In this document: piece by piece, positions 23,318-35,571 of the stretch | Position numbering within the stretch: the first letter of the stretch is position 1 | Layout: each line of letters opens with the position of its first letter | NCBI GenBank assembly: GCA_024704765.1 | Contig: JAKMXF010000309.1 | Span: 1 to 64,000, forward strand | Reading direction: 5' to 3' | Length of the DNA stretch: 64,000 bases | DNA from: Oopsacas minuta | Taxonomy: Eukaryota; Animalia; Porifera | Notes under the pieces: generated by a model | What the model was told of the DNA's origin: nothing | Databases searched by the model: none | The model's input: the letters and a program-made list of their open reading frames with translations, nothing else | Translations under genes and position numbers: made by a program

Positions 23318-23909
23318 TTAGAATATCTGTAGACAATTCTTACTAGTTTCACTCACAACAATAATTCTATCTTTATCATCTAATGTAATTCCTGTTGGTT
23401 CAGGAATAGAGATTGTGTGGATACATTCATATTTAGAATTGAAAATACGAATAGAATCAGAACCATTATCGGAGATGAGAATATTATCAGAATTGTCCAG
23501 AAAGAAGAACCAGGGAGATATCACTTGCTGTTCTTCTCCTCTGGAAATGATATTCTTCTGTAGAACTAGATATTTATTGAAAATGTGTAGACAAGGATTT
23601 GATTTATCCAGGATGAAAATGTTATCTCGATTGAGCTTGATATCACTAGGCCTTGTGAGAATATCTTTACCAAACTGAGACTTGTAATGAAGGTTTTCTG
23701 AAAGTATTTGAATGCGATTGTTATATTCATCACAAATGTAAACATCTCCATTTAATTCATCGATTGTTATACCCCAAGGATAATTAAACTCTAAATTTCC
23801 ATTTCCAAATTTACCAACTTTGGAAATAAACTTTCCATCTAGTTGATAGTTGATTATACAGTTGCTTGATTGAGAAATAAGAATTCTATTCCCACAAATA
23901 GTTAAACCT
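23318..23909 (-). CDS. B-type NHL protein B2, 3' part only (truncated by assembly gap)
   Basis: GLTICGNRILISQ...CLQIF* is open up to the N at 23910. The N-terminal part of track ORF 23318-24001 is read across the gap and is an artefact. Confidence 0.85.
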
Positions 23910-23910
23910 N
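23910..23910. other. Single-N assembly gap/contig join
   Basis: Only N in the window; the sequence switches from a minus-strand NHL CDS to a plus-strand NHL CDS here. Confidence 0.9.
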
Positions 23911-24735
23911 AAAGCTGGAGTAATCGATTATACAAATAAGAAACAACCTCTAGTAAGTGTTTGTGAGAGAGGAAATGGAAATGAACAACTTTACTGTCCA
24001 TTGGATGTTACTTTAGATAAGAACACAGGAAATATTTATATAGCAGATACACATAATCACTGTGTTAGAGTGTTTGAGAGTACTGCTAGGTTTTTATTCA
24101 AATTCGGAGACAGTGAAGGTAAAACTATGATGTACATCCCGAGAGGTTTAACTATTTGTGGGAATAGAATTCTTATTTCTCAATCAAGCAACTGTATAAT
24201 CAACTATCAACTAGATGGAAAGTTTATTTCCAAAGTTGGTAAATTTGGAAAAGGAAATTTAGAGTTTGATTATCCTTGTGGTATAACAATCGATGCATTC
24301 AATGGAGATGTTTACATTTGTGATTGTCATAACAATCGCATTCAAATACTCTCAGAATACCTTCATTACAAGTCTCAGTTTGGTAAGGATATTCTCTACA
24401 AACCTCTTGATATCAAACTCAATCGAGACAACATTTTCATCCTGGATAAATCAAATCCTTGTCTACACATTTTCAATAAATATCTAGTTCTACAGAAGAA
24501 CATCATTTCTAGAGGAGAAGGAGAGCAAGTGATATTTCCCTGTTTCTTCTTTCTAGACAATTCTGATACTATTCTAATCCCAGATATCGGTTCTAATTCT
24601 ATTCAAATTTTCAATTCTAAATATGAATGTATCCACAAAATCTTTACTCCTAAACCATCAGGAATTACAGTAGATGATAAAGATAGAATTATTGTTGTAA
24701 GTTTTGCTAGAGGGAATTGTCTACAGATATTCTAA
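23911..24735 (+). CDS. B-type NHL protein B3, 5' end lost in gap
   Basis: Open frame from 23911: KAGVIDYTNKKQPLVSVCERGNGNEQLYCPLDV..., in frame with track ORF 24001-24735. Confidence 0.87.
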   Translation, partial: KAGVIDYTNKKQPLVSVCERGNGNEQLYCPLDVTLDKNTGNIYIADTHNHCVRVFESTARFLFKFGDSEGKTMMYIPRGLTICGNRILISQSSNCIINYQLDGKFISKVGKFGKGNLEFDYPCGITIDAFNGDVYICDCHNNRIQILSEYLHYKSQFGKDILYKPLDIKLNRDNIFILDKSNPCLHIFNKYLVLQKNIISRGEGEQVIFPCFFFLDNSDTILIPDIGSNSIQIFNSKYECIHKIFTPKPSGITVDDKDRIIVVSFARGNCLQIF

Positions 24736-27093
24736 TACTCTTAGATATTTACTACTTTATGTTATCCATTTTTCTACATTTTTACTAGTTTTTCCACTAA
24801 ATATTTTGTCGTGTTTCCAGTAATGAATCTTTCCCTTACTTTTACTATCCCCTTCGTCTCTAATCCATAATACTTTCCAGCCCTTAATGTCACCGTCCTA
24901 ACCTCTATACTAATGAACTCCTTCATATAGACAGCAATACAATATTTGAGATACTGTGGGCACCCTGCTGTCTACCAAATGTGGAAACCGTTGCCTTGTT
25001 ACTTTTATACTTTAATCGCGCACGTGCTTGCTGTACACAAGTATATATGTATATACATATGTTTCCGGCCTTTATCAGGGTGCCCCTGTGCTCAGGGGTT
25101 CCCATTTTTGGAAAATATCTATGAAGCTGCGCAAAAATGACCTTTATCAGGTAGTATGCCCACTTTCCTAATAGATTTGGGTGCGCGGGTTGCCTAACTG
25201 TAGCTGAAGCCCTGATATGCTTGTATGTCCAGAATTGATTGAAGAAACTGGTGAACCCAGGACTTATTTTAACATGCAGGGGTATTTTTGGCCTACCGCG
25301 GACAGTTCTAGTCTTGGACGAAAACTGACACCTGTTGTCACCTTTTTGGATTTTAGTAAAATCTCATTATTAATACTGCTCTACCAATATACACGACAGA
25401 AGAAATTTGAATGACAAGAATCCCTCAATATGCCGCACGTTCTAACGTTATGATTTTGACCCAAGTCTGACTCATCACGTGATTATTTGTGTCATCATGA
25501 CTGTGTAGAATACCCAAATTCTCTAAATTTGGATATTTTGAGAATTTCACATATTCTAGACACGAGGTGCCGTCATTACTAACCTGAAGCCATGTCAGAG
25601 TTGCTATATTTCCACAAAAAGACATTAAATTGAATCTGGATGGACCATGGATAATATAGAATTTACATTTCCACAAAAATTCACCACAAGGTAGGTACGT
25701 AGTGCCGAGTACATCATTTCCTGTAGTACCAAAGCGTCAAGAAAAATCTATATTATTAAATCTTAATTGTTGTTTGTTTGTTTGTCCGTTGTCAAGGTAG
25801 GGATTTATGGTATGTAATTTTGAAATTGTCTCATAACTATGTATTTATCGTGTTTATCAAGGAAGTAAATAGATACTATAAAATTTAATCAAAACATATC
25901 GAACATGCTGAATCTGATTTTCACCCTTTTTGATTTATTGTTGTTTTTATGATTATGATGTAAACAAATTCCAAAATTCAGGTAAAATCAAAATTTCAAC
26001 GACTACACTGGGGTAATCGAGTATGCTGAGTCCGAATATGATATTGTGCGCAACATATCGTGAATATTGGTTTACTTTTATAGGTATAAAGTAAACATTA
26101 TCAAAATCTCAAAATGTAGGGTGATACTTTCTCACAACGACAAGAAAGTGGGTTGTAGAAGACATAATGGATGCTCATGCTCTTCCTATCCTATTATATA
26201 CTGATGATGTTCAGTTATATCTTTCACTTTCGCCTTCTAACATTGATGAACCTATTCTATATTCATAAGTAAATGATATTTATTAACTCTTGAAGCAGGA
26301 CTCTCCCCTTACTACAACGAATTATCTCTGCTATATCTTGTATAAATCAGGATTTAGTAGTAGCTTAATAAGATATTTCTGGTTATGAACTGAGAATATG
26401 AAAAACTAGTTTTGAATACTTAAATACAATATAACCGGTTAATCGGGACAATACATTGACTCCCGAGCTGTCTGATTAAGCAACTTCCGCTGTAGTATAG
26501 AGGGAAACATCTGTTCAATTTATGTATTTAATTATTGCGGTTCGTTTAGCTTCCTTTAAACTGGTTTTGACTCTACCCAATATTGTTATAAGAGGAATTA
26601 TATTAACTGAATGTTATTATGAATAATGATGATATCATAATAATATCCTTTTAGTAAGCAAATCATATAAGTAGTGAGTATGAAATTTGTTAATCAGTTT
26701 TACTTTACTTCCATAATTATAGTATTTATAGTATAACCTCGATATTCAGAACATTTTGCCCAAATTCGAATTATCGAAATTCGGATTAGAGAGTGTCTAC
26801 TGTACTTGAATATGGATTATCCTCACAAATACGTACATAAAGTTTTACAATTAAAACCGTTAACCAATTACGGATGAATTGTTACATCCGTAATGAGAAG
26901 GAACACTAAAAATTTTTCCCAAAAACGAGATTTTAGCACCTTTTTGACGTCACAGAATCACACATTTCCAGGCCGTATTTAGTTAATATATCTTGATTAG
27001 TTGCATTTCTCTCTGATTTGTCTAGTTTGTGTAATTTGATTCCTTGTATGATCTTATATATATTTGAATAATATGAATTGTATAGCAATAATA

Positions 27094-28323
27094 ATGGCTA
27101 CAGCTAATCCTATATTACCACAACCTGGAGAAGATAACTACGAGTTAGAAGTAAATCGAGTGAGAGAGAAGATTAAAAGTACATTCTTAGAGTTAATCGA
27201 CTGTCTAAAGGAAAGAGAGAGTAAATTATTGAGAGAGTTAGATACAATTGTGGATTGTTATCGCTCTTATAAAAGTGAATTGACAAAGCTGAATGAAAAG
27301 AAGATTGCTCTACAAAAATCCAAAAGTTTCCATCAACATGAGATACTCACTTCTCCTATAAAATGTGTTCATGAAGATTTTATTGCTCGATTAGACACAG
27401 AACTTGAATCAATTGAGTTTCCTAAACAACCTAGAATGGTTAGTTTCACTTGTGAAAACAACAAATTGTTAGATGAAGTAAAGAAGTTGGGGAAGTTGGT
27501 GAGAAGCGGAATTGATTATACAAACAAGAAACAACCTCTAATGAGTGTTTGTAAGATAGGAACCGGAAACGAACAACTTCGCTATCCATTGGTTGTTACT
27601 GTAGATAACAAAACAGGAAATATTTATATAGCAGATCATGATAATAACTGTATTAAAGTATTTGACTGTAATGCTAAGTATTTATTCAAATTCGGAGATC
27701 GTAAAGGTGAAGGAGCGATGGCACTGCCGAAATGTTTATCTATTTATGGAAATAGAGTTCTTATTTCTCAAAACCACTGTATCCTGAATTATACACTAGA
27801 TGGAAAGTTCATTTCCAAATTTGGTAAACAGGGAAATGGAGAACTTCAATTTGACTATCCTTGGGGTCTAACAATTGATGATTCAAATGAAGATATTTAT
27901 ATCTGTGACCGTTATAACAATCGTGTACAAATACTTACCAAAGACTTGTGTTACAAAACTAAATTCGGTACAAATACACTCAAAGGGCCTCTAAATGTGA
28001 AACTCTCCAAAGAATACATTTATGTGTTAGATACATCAAATCCTTGTATCCATCTCTTCAATCGTAACCTCATACTCCAGAAGAGTATTATTTCTCGAGG
28101 AAAAGGAAATCAAGTCCTTAATCCAAGATCTTTCTTTATTGACTATTCTGACTTCATTCTGATTGCAGATAATTCTTCTGACGCTATTTCTATATTCAAC
28201 CCTGAATTCAAGTTAGTTCACAAGATTCCAGTATCTAGCAATCCATTAGCAGTTACAGTAGACAATCAGAATAGAGTTATAGTAGTGTGTAATAATGATA
28301 AGGGCTGCCTACAGATATTTTGA
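27094..28323 (+). CDS. A-type NHL-repeat protein A3, 409 aa
   Basis: Intact ORF of the same length as A1; MATANPIL at 27094. Confidence 0.9.
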   Translation: MATANPILPQPGEDNYELEVNRVREKIKSTFLELIDCLKERESKLLRELDTIVDCYRSYKSELTKLNEKKIALQKSKSFHQHEILTSPIKCVHEDFIARLDTELESIEFPKQPRMVSFTCENNKLLDEVKKLGKLVRSGIDYTNKKQPLMSVCKIGTGNEQLRYPLVVTVDNKTGNIYIADHDNNCIKVFDCNAKYLFKFGDRKGEGAMALPKCLSIYGNRVLISQNHCILNYTLDGKFISKFGKQGNGELQFDYPWGLTIDDSNEDIYICDRYNNRVQILTKDLCYKTKFGTNTLKGPLNVKLSKEYIYVLDTSNPCIHLFNRNLILQKSIISRGKGNQVLNPRSFFIDYSDFILIADNSSDAISIFNPEFKLVHKIPVSSNPLAVTVDNQNRVIVVCNNDKGCLQIF

Positions 28324-30347
28324 TATCTAATCTCTATCAATACAGATGATAGTATATATTTGGGAATTTGTGTGTTTACTTATAATCTTATTGACTTTCC
28401 CATTTATTCATTCTTTGTTTGTTGTTCTTGTATCTCGTGCAATTATGCTAATATTTGATTTTTTATTTGGTAATATTCTTCTTTATTTATTCCATTCAGC
28501 TCCATAATTTGCCTCTTAAGTAGTATGACTGGCGCCTCTTAATGTCCTAGGATTTCTACGCATTGATAGTTTGATTTTGCAGCTTTTATCCCCAATTATT
28601 GTAGTTACAGCATAATCCGAACCGATAACAATCAAATAGAATTCTCATTTTGGAGTTTAATTGTATACAAGCCATTATTAGCAGTATACAGTTTGTAAAG
28701 TTATCGCGCCTATAATAATCTATTCTCAATACACTGACAGCCATTATAGCTAGAGACATAGGGAAATTGCCAATTTCCATTCTTGGAGGTGTCAATTAAC
28801 TTATAACTGATCCTTACTGAGATCTATGATCATTGTTAAACTGTTAATCATAATACTTTGTGCTTGTTTTGGTGTCTCCTTATAAATTCCCCCAGGATCC
28901 ACCATTAAGCAATTCCCAGCGATTCAACCATTTCACCAATTTCTACCATTCAGTCAGACACAAATTGCATAAAGAAACTGGTTGGAATTTCCTAGAAGCT
29001 ATAGCTTTGATATTATTTTTCCTTTTAATAATCGGAACAAACAAACAAGCAAAAATGCACTAAGATCAATCTAGGCTATATACAAAAGTATAGTCATGAG
29101 GCGATACAGTAAAAACTAACTGAATCTCTACTGAGCGTACCCTATTTCTTTACAAAAGTCTTAAGTTCGTGCTTCAGCCTATTCATAATGGTGTTAATTC
29201 CAACTGTTATATTTCCTTGACAACGCGGGAATGTTATACATTCCATTCTCAAAAGTGGTCGGAATATGGTCAAGAGACATGACCCATCAAATTGCTGGAA
29301 TTATATCTCTGATTATGAATATAACAATGAAGATATCACTTCATTTACAAAAGTTTGATTGATTTGAAAAAATTCCCGCTTGTTCGGACGGTCGGGCTTT
29401 GTGGTTGATAACAAACAAAAGCTAACACTGATTGACTGTTATCAGGCATATTCTATGTTAAAATATGTATTCCTTGCAAAATATCTGAATTAGGATATTC
29501 CCAAAAATGGTATCAACCAACCCTTCTGGTTCATGGCCCTATTCAAGGGAGAAATTGCGATCTCCGTCCATGAATTGAAGTCACAAGCACTGACAATTTC
29601 TGAATACTCATAATACAATCACACCTTAGACTATGGTCAGACTACTATAATGTTGACAATTGAATAAACTCTCAACAAAATTCTCTACTGACTACTAGAC
29701 TTTCTAAGTAATAGTTCTGTTCGTTTTTGTGTATGTATTTATCGATTACATTGTCGGGGATTTTTGAAATTCACTGGATTTGCATCAGAAATACTGAACA
29801 AACTCAGGCTATTATTTGGGAAAAGAGGACAGAGATTTCTAGGATTTTAGATTTCAAATTATTCACTGTATTTTTTAGAATCTCGGAATAATCTATGTAT
29901 CCTTGGTTACGTGTCTGAATGGGAGTTATTCGTTATTCTCATGGATATTATTGTTAATACGGAGTATATAAATCGACTCTGTCCTATTAACGTTGCACTG
30001 TTTTCATAAATTCATTGTCTCTATCGAATATCTACAATCAACTCCTGTTATATCAAACACAGATACATCTAAATACCCAATTATATCAAGTCTTAAATTG
30101 TATACAAAAATGGTCTCAAACCATCAAAGCAATATATATTACATGATTTGTATCGCAGTATTTATCACGGCCCCTTTGAGCTTGGATATACCAGGAGTTG
30201 ACTGTATTGAATAACTTGTATTACTTTAATATCCATAACAATCTATTTGTATTGTATATAATGCTATAGTATTATATTACATTGAAAGTATTCTTATTCT
30301 ATTTATATCAATTTTAGTTTAATAAGCTTATAATTAAGATTTGTAGA

Positions 30348-31259
30348 ATGGCTACTGCTCACAGAGAAGATACAGATCATGGAGAAGATAACTTTATTCT
30401 AGAAATACATCGAATAAAGGAGAGAATTGAAATTAAAGCTGGAGTAATCGATTATACAAATAAGAAACAACCTCTAGTTCGTGTTTGTGAGAGAGGAAAT
30501 GGAAATGAAGAACTTAGCTATCCATGTGATGTTACTGTAGATAACTAAACAGGAAATATTTATATAACAGATACATGGAATAACTGTATTAAAGTGTTTG
30601 ACAGTACTGCTAAGTATTTATCCGAATTCGGAGACAGTAAAGATGAAGGAGCAATGAAACACGCGATATGTTTATCTATTTATGGAAATAGAGTTCTTAT
30701 TTCTCAAGAACACTGTATCCTGAATTATACACTAGATGGAAAGTTCATTTCCAAAGTTGGTAAACAGGGAAATGGAGAACTTCAATTTGAATATCCTTGT
30801 GGTCTAACAATTGATGATTCAAATGAAGATATTTATATCTGTGACCGGTGTAACAATCGTGTACAAATACTTACCATAGACTTGTGTTACAAAACTAAAT
30901 TCGGAATATATACACTTAAAGAGCCTCAATATGTAAAACTATCTAAAGAGTACATTTATGTGTTAGTTACATCAAATCCTTGTATCCATCTCTTCAATCG
31001 TAACCTCATACTCCAGAAGAGCATTATTTCTCTAGGAAAAGGAAATCAAGTAATTAATCCAAGATCTTTCTTTTTTGACAATTCTGACTTCATTCTTATT
31101 GCAGATACTTCTTCTAACGCTATTTCTATATTCAACCCTGAATTCAAGTTAGTCCACAAGATTCCAGTATCTAGCAATCCATTAGCAGTTACAGTAGACA
31201 ATCAGAATAGAGTTATAGTAGTGTGTTGTAATGATAAGAACTGTCTACAGATATTTTGA
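30348..31259 (+). pseudogene. Chimeric NHL gene (B-type promoter and N-terminus, A-type propeller and 3' flank) with one nonsense codon
   Basis: 912 nt, same length as B-type. TAA at 30546-30548 replaces AAA (VDN-K-TGN in A3). Both track ORFs are in the same frame. Confidence 0.88.
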
Positions 31260-32969
31260 TATCTAATCTCTATTAATACAGATGATAGTATCTTTGTGTG
31301 AATTTGTGTGTTTACTTATAATCTTATTGACTTTCCCATTTATTCATTCTTGATTTATTATTCAGGTATGTTGTGCTAATATTTGTATTCTTCATTTGGT
31401 AATATTATTCATAATTTACATGTGTCAGGGTTTACTACTTTCTAGGAATAAATTCATTGTTCTATATCTGAAATTGCCCAAAATTCAATTGAGACCACAA
31501 ATATTGTCCAAAACTGTCAAAGTAACATAATTTCATCGATTATGTCGAAGTAATTATCGTGGTCATTTGGTCTTCGATATACCCGGAGATGAGGGGCTTC
31601 TAGGCATAGAATGTTAAGAGATTTCTAATTTCAGGTATCAAGTGAGACTCTTGAGGTGAAATCTGAATCTAAATCATAATGTCCTATTAAGAAACAGGGA
31701 AATTTTATCCATATATGCTATGACCGCGAGGCCGGTTAAAAGTCGAGTCTGGGTGCCAAGGCTCCTTTGGCACCATGGTTAATCCGCTACTGAGCAAACC
31801 GTATGTATATTTGAGGTTTGGCTAATTTGTTCGCTATATATATTCATAAAAACAACTATAAATTTCCATATAAGAAACTTGAAAGCGTAAATAGGATTCA
31901 GCATGTTCGATTTAGTTAGTGAAGTTTTATCGATTTCTATTTACTTCCTTCATAAACATGATGAATACATAGTTATGTGACAATTTCAAAATTGCATTCC
32001 GTAAATCCTTTCCTTGACAACGGACAAACAAACAAACAGACAAACAGACCCCAAATGAGATTTAATACTATAGATTATCGTTAGGTGCATTTTATCTAAT
32101 ACCAGCGCGATTCGCATATTCGGTCGCTGTATGACTGGCTGAAGTATCTTGAAGCATTGTTACTTCTTTTAGAATGAGTATGAGATAGTTACAATTATCA
32201 GTGCTTTTGGGTCGCTACGCCACGGGATATCTCTGCACTACGTGCCTCGAAGTATTTAGCAGAAATTATAATTTTGTATTATCCATGGTCCATCCAAATT
32301 CTATTTAATGGCATTCTGTGGTTTCAAAGATAAGAGTATTGAGATTGTAATTTTGGCATCATTAAGTCGATTTCTATATGATATATTATTCATATATTTT
32401 CACTCTGCTGTTCACACCTTAAGAGATAAATACACCTTTTTTATTCGTTTGTTCCACTAAATATTTTGTCGTGTTTCCAGTAATGAATCTTTCCTTTACT
32501 TTTACTATTCCTTTCGTCTCTAATCCATAATACTTTCCAGTCCTTAATGCCACTGTTCTAACCTCTATGCTAATTAACTTCTTCCTATAGACAGCAATAC
32601 AATGTTTGAGATACTGTGGATCCCCTGCTCTCGTCCATGGGCCACCAAGTGTGGCAACCGCTGACTTGTCACCGATTATACATTAATTACACATCTTTTA
32701 GAAATGGTTAAGTCCAAATCAATGAACTTTGGTCTTTATCTGGCAACATCCTCTCACCTTTAGACTTCGCATATGAGTCCTCTAAATTATGATGCGAATA
32801 TTTTCCCAGTTCCCAATAGAAAACCATACTACACCACTAAAAATACATAGGTGATCTGTGCGGACAGCGAAATCGATGGGTAGGGTTTTGCTGTTACCGC
32901 TGACCAAATAGGGAATACGCTGACATGGAACGAAACTCTCAAAATGTTGTTGCCTCATCTTTGTTTGGT

Positions 32970-33100
32970 AATGCAATTAGTATTACTTATCCCAGGTAAT
33001 TGCATTGATGAAAGGAGCTTTTCGTCCCTTAGAAGGCTGAAAACATACATAAGAAGCACTATGAAGCTAAAAGGACTCACTTCACTTTCATATGCAGTAT
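32970..33100 (+). pseudogene. hAT C-terminal dimerisation-domain fragment
   Basis: ERSFSSLRRLKTYIRSTM, the hATC signature, within track ORF 32944-33192. Confidence 0.75.
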
Positions 33101-33782
33101 GCTGCGCCGAGTACACTGACATATATAGATGCTATCGTGGATACCTGGAGAAGAAGTGTAATACAGAGTACAAATGCTGTGTGCTCTGCTGAAAAATTCA
33201 AAATTTGGAAGGGTGAAAATATTCACTTATTTCTTTACTGAGTTTCGTTCTGTATACACTAATTAAACATCACATTGTTCTATAATTTCTATTATTACTT
33301 CTGATTTTCCAATTTTGTATATCCCCCCAGCTTTTATGCTTAGCCTCATAAAGTTGATACCAATGTATTGGAGGTCTGTGACTGCAACTTTAGTGCGATC
33401 TAATAATAATAATAATACACATTAATATGCAAAAATTCTAGGAAAAAGTAATTTGTAAAACTTCTATATTTATTCAAATATTACCAATCTATATTGTTAT
33501 CCCAATTTGTGTCTGTCATGCTCCAAATATAGAAAACATATAAGTTCAGTTCATAAAGTCCAGAACCTAATATTACACAACTAATAATCTATATTAATTA
33601 TTCAACCCTGTGAATAGCAGCCTTACCGAATAATGATAATATTTGGTCAATTCAACTGAATATGCCAAGTTTTTGCAAAGCCAAATCTCTGAAATTTGGT
33701 CATTAACTGGCAACACTGATGGTAAAACTATTCACTATATAACTCTACACAAATAATAACTAAACACTACTATTAGTATAAT

Positions 33783-35571
33783 TCAATTCTCAAACGAGTA
33801 TCTGTTGAGAAAGGAATATCTTTTAATAGCAGTATCAACCATCTTTTTCACATCTTTTTTCCACTCAACACTATGTCTGCTCTTTGTAGCACTAGAAAAC
33901 ACTTTGTCATAAGCTTTATCCCGATAATACTCATTACAGTATATCTCCATATGATTGCACATTCTCTTCAAGAATAATTTCGGATTAGATATCAGATCCT
34001 CATTATAGAGAGTTATCAATCTTTCTCCGAAGTAGTCGATATGTCTTTGTATTTTCTTGAAGGATGCTATGTGGTTTATTGCAGAATTTTTTAAACCTTC
34101 ACTTGCCTCGAATGTTCTATTATTCTTGAATGCTTCCTTTCGTGTTTCTTTGGAAATAGAGTAGAGATATAGAGTTGCTATGTTATCGTAAGGATTGCGT
34201 ACAATATGGAATAATTTGAGAGTATAGCCAACGAATTTCTGGAACTTCTCCATCATTTGGAAGAATTGCTTTGAATCATGACTACCCTTGTCCATCAGTA
34301 CCAGAATTCATCCTTCTAGTAATAGAGTACGTAAATAATTATATTCAGGGTTGCCGTGTGAATGTGAGTAGCATTTTTACTATGGAAATCCTGTGGGAAT
34401 CCAGTGGGAATGGGATGAAAATGAGAATCGAAATTTCATTCCCACGGCAACCTTGATTACAGACACATATAAAGTATTAAGCGAGGATCGTGTGCCCGTC
34501 TGAAGCACAGCATGACATATATCAACTACACATTACAAAGGACGGAAAATTTCCTCGGAATTAACAATTTTCAATGAAAATGATTCCTATTCCCATACCC
34601 CACAGCAATCCTGCATTTCTACCTATAACATCTACACCAAATATTATAGAGTAATATTAAATTACAAATGATTTGAATACTTATATTTCCTTACTTTTGT
34701 CTCCAATGATTCGTGCATAGTCCTGGTACTCTCCCTGATACAGATTCGGAATATTTAGGCTTAGTATTTCAGGTCTAATAAGGAGGTTTGGTACTGTCCT
34801 TCACCATTTTCGTAGCTTTGTTTCTAATATCATTAAACAAATCATATTTATCAAATTTGTCTGGTTTGTTCAGAGAAATGAACCATTTCTGCACAGCATT
34901 TAATTCGTGAGACAGAATTACGTGTGGATGAGCGTCTAATAATGCTGTTACGATACTACCACCACAGCGTGCATATCCTATGAATAACACAAAATACTTT
35001 ATCTTATTCACTGAACTACCGTTTCGGAACATATTCTCTTCATCAGGACTCTTGGAAACTTCAGGAAAACAATTTGTGTATTTGCTTTTCAATCCTTTTC
35101 TAACCAAAATAAGGTATTTTCGAGTAAAGAATTGCCAGTTTGTATGTTGTATAGACTTACCTGTTCTCATAGCATTCATCTAACTTTCCTTGTCCTATCT
35201 TTAATATTTCTTGGAAAACTATTTGAATTGGTTTATAAACAAACTAGAGAATATATAATATCATTTATCATTACTTTTAACTTTTTCTTCTGTTAAGTTA
35301 TCGTTCATAGTCTGTTTATGTTTACATTATCCATACATTTATCAATGTAATCTCGTTTTGCTTGTATCTCTTCTTCACATAATTTCGATGTTAATTCCTC
35401 CAGGTTGATATCACTCTCATTTCCTTGTCCATTTTCTCTCAGCGAATTCTCCATCGACATTTCCTCCAATAATGCATGAGTCCTACGCACCTCATAAATA
35501 TAGTTTATCCCTGCATATATAACAAGAATGGATAGAAGTATGTTTAGTATGAATTCCTTATGTGAGATCAT
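33783..35571 (-). pseudogene. Type II membrane sulfotransferase-like (P-loop) gene, 4 exons, apparently disrupted
   Basis: Predicted exons 35571-35326, 35243-35161, 35099-34695, 34315-33783 with GT-AG introns (first donor GTAAAC is tentative). N-terminal TM; motifs FIGYARCGGSIVTALLDAHPHVILSHE, IPNLYQG..IIGDK, HIVRNPYDNIAT. A frameshift is needed at ~34790 and there is an in-frame TGA at 34310-34308. Confidence 0.65.
34346..34455. repeat. Small inverted-repeat element (related mini copy 42255-42305)
   Basis: CAGGGTTGCCGTG ... CACGGCAACCTTG, lying inside the third intron of the sulfotransferase-like gene. Confidence 0.5.

Larger units (their letters stand above)
18866..23909 (+). repeat. Segmental duplication with 36894-40624 (MSMO1 3' part + spacer + minus-strand B-type NHL)
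   Basis: Constant offset of ~16715 after the transposon (stops 20717/37433 and 23318/40033). Duplicate track ORFs 20972/37687, 21123/37838, 22318/39032. Confidence 0.95.

Noticed and set aside
23911-24001. N-terminal part of track ORF 23318-24001 (MDSKVVHFHF...)
   Set aside because: It is the antisense of B3 read across the N gap, not a real N-terminus.
34308-34310. In-frame TGA as selenocysteine
   Set aside because: The position corresponds to Gly rather than Cys in similar motifs, the gene has a second lesion, and no SECIS was recognised.
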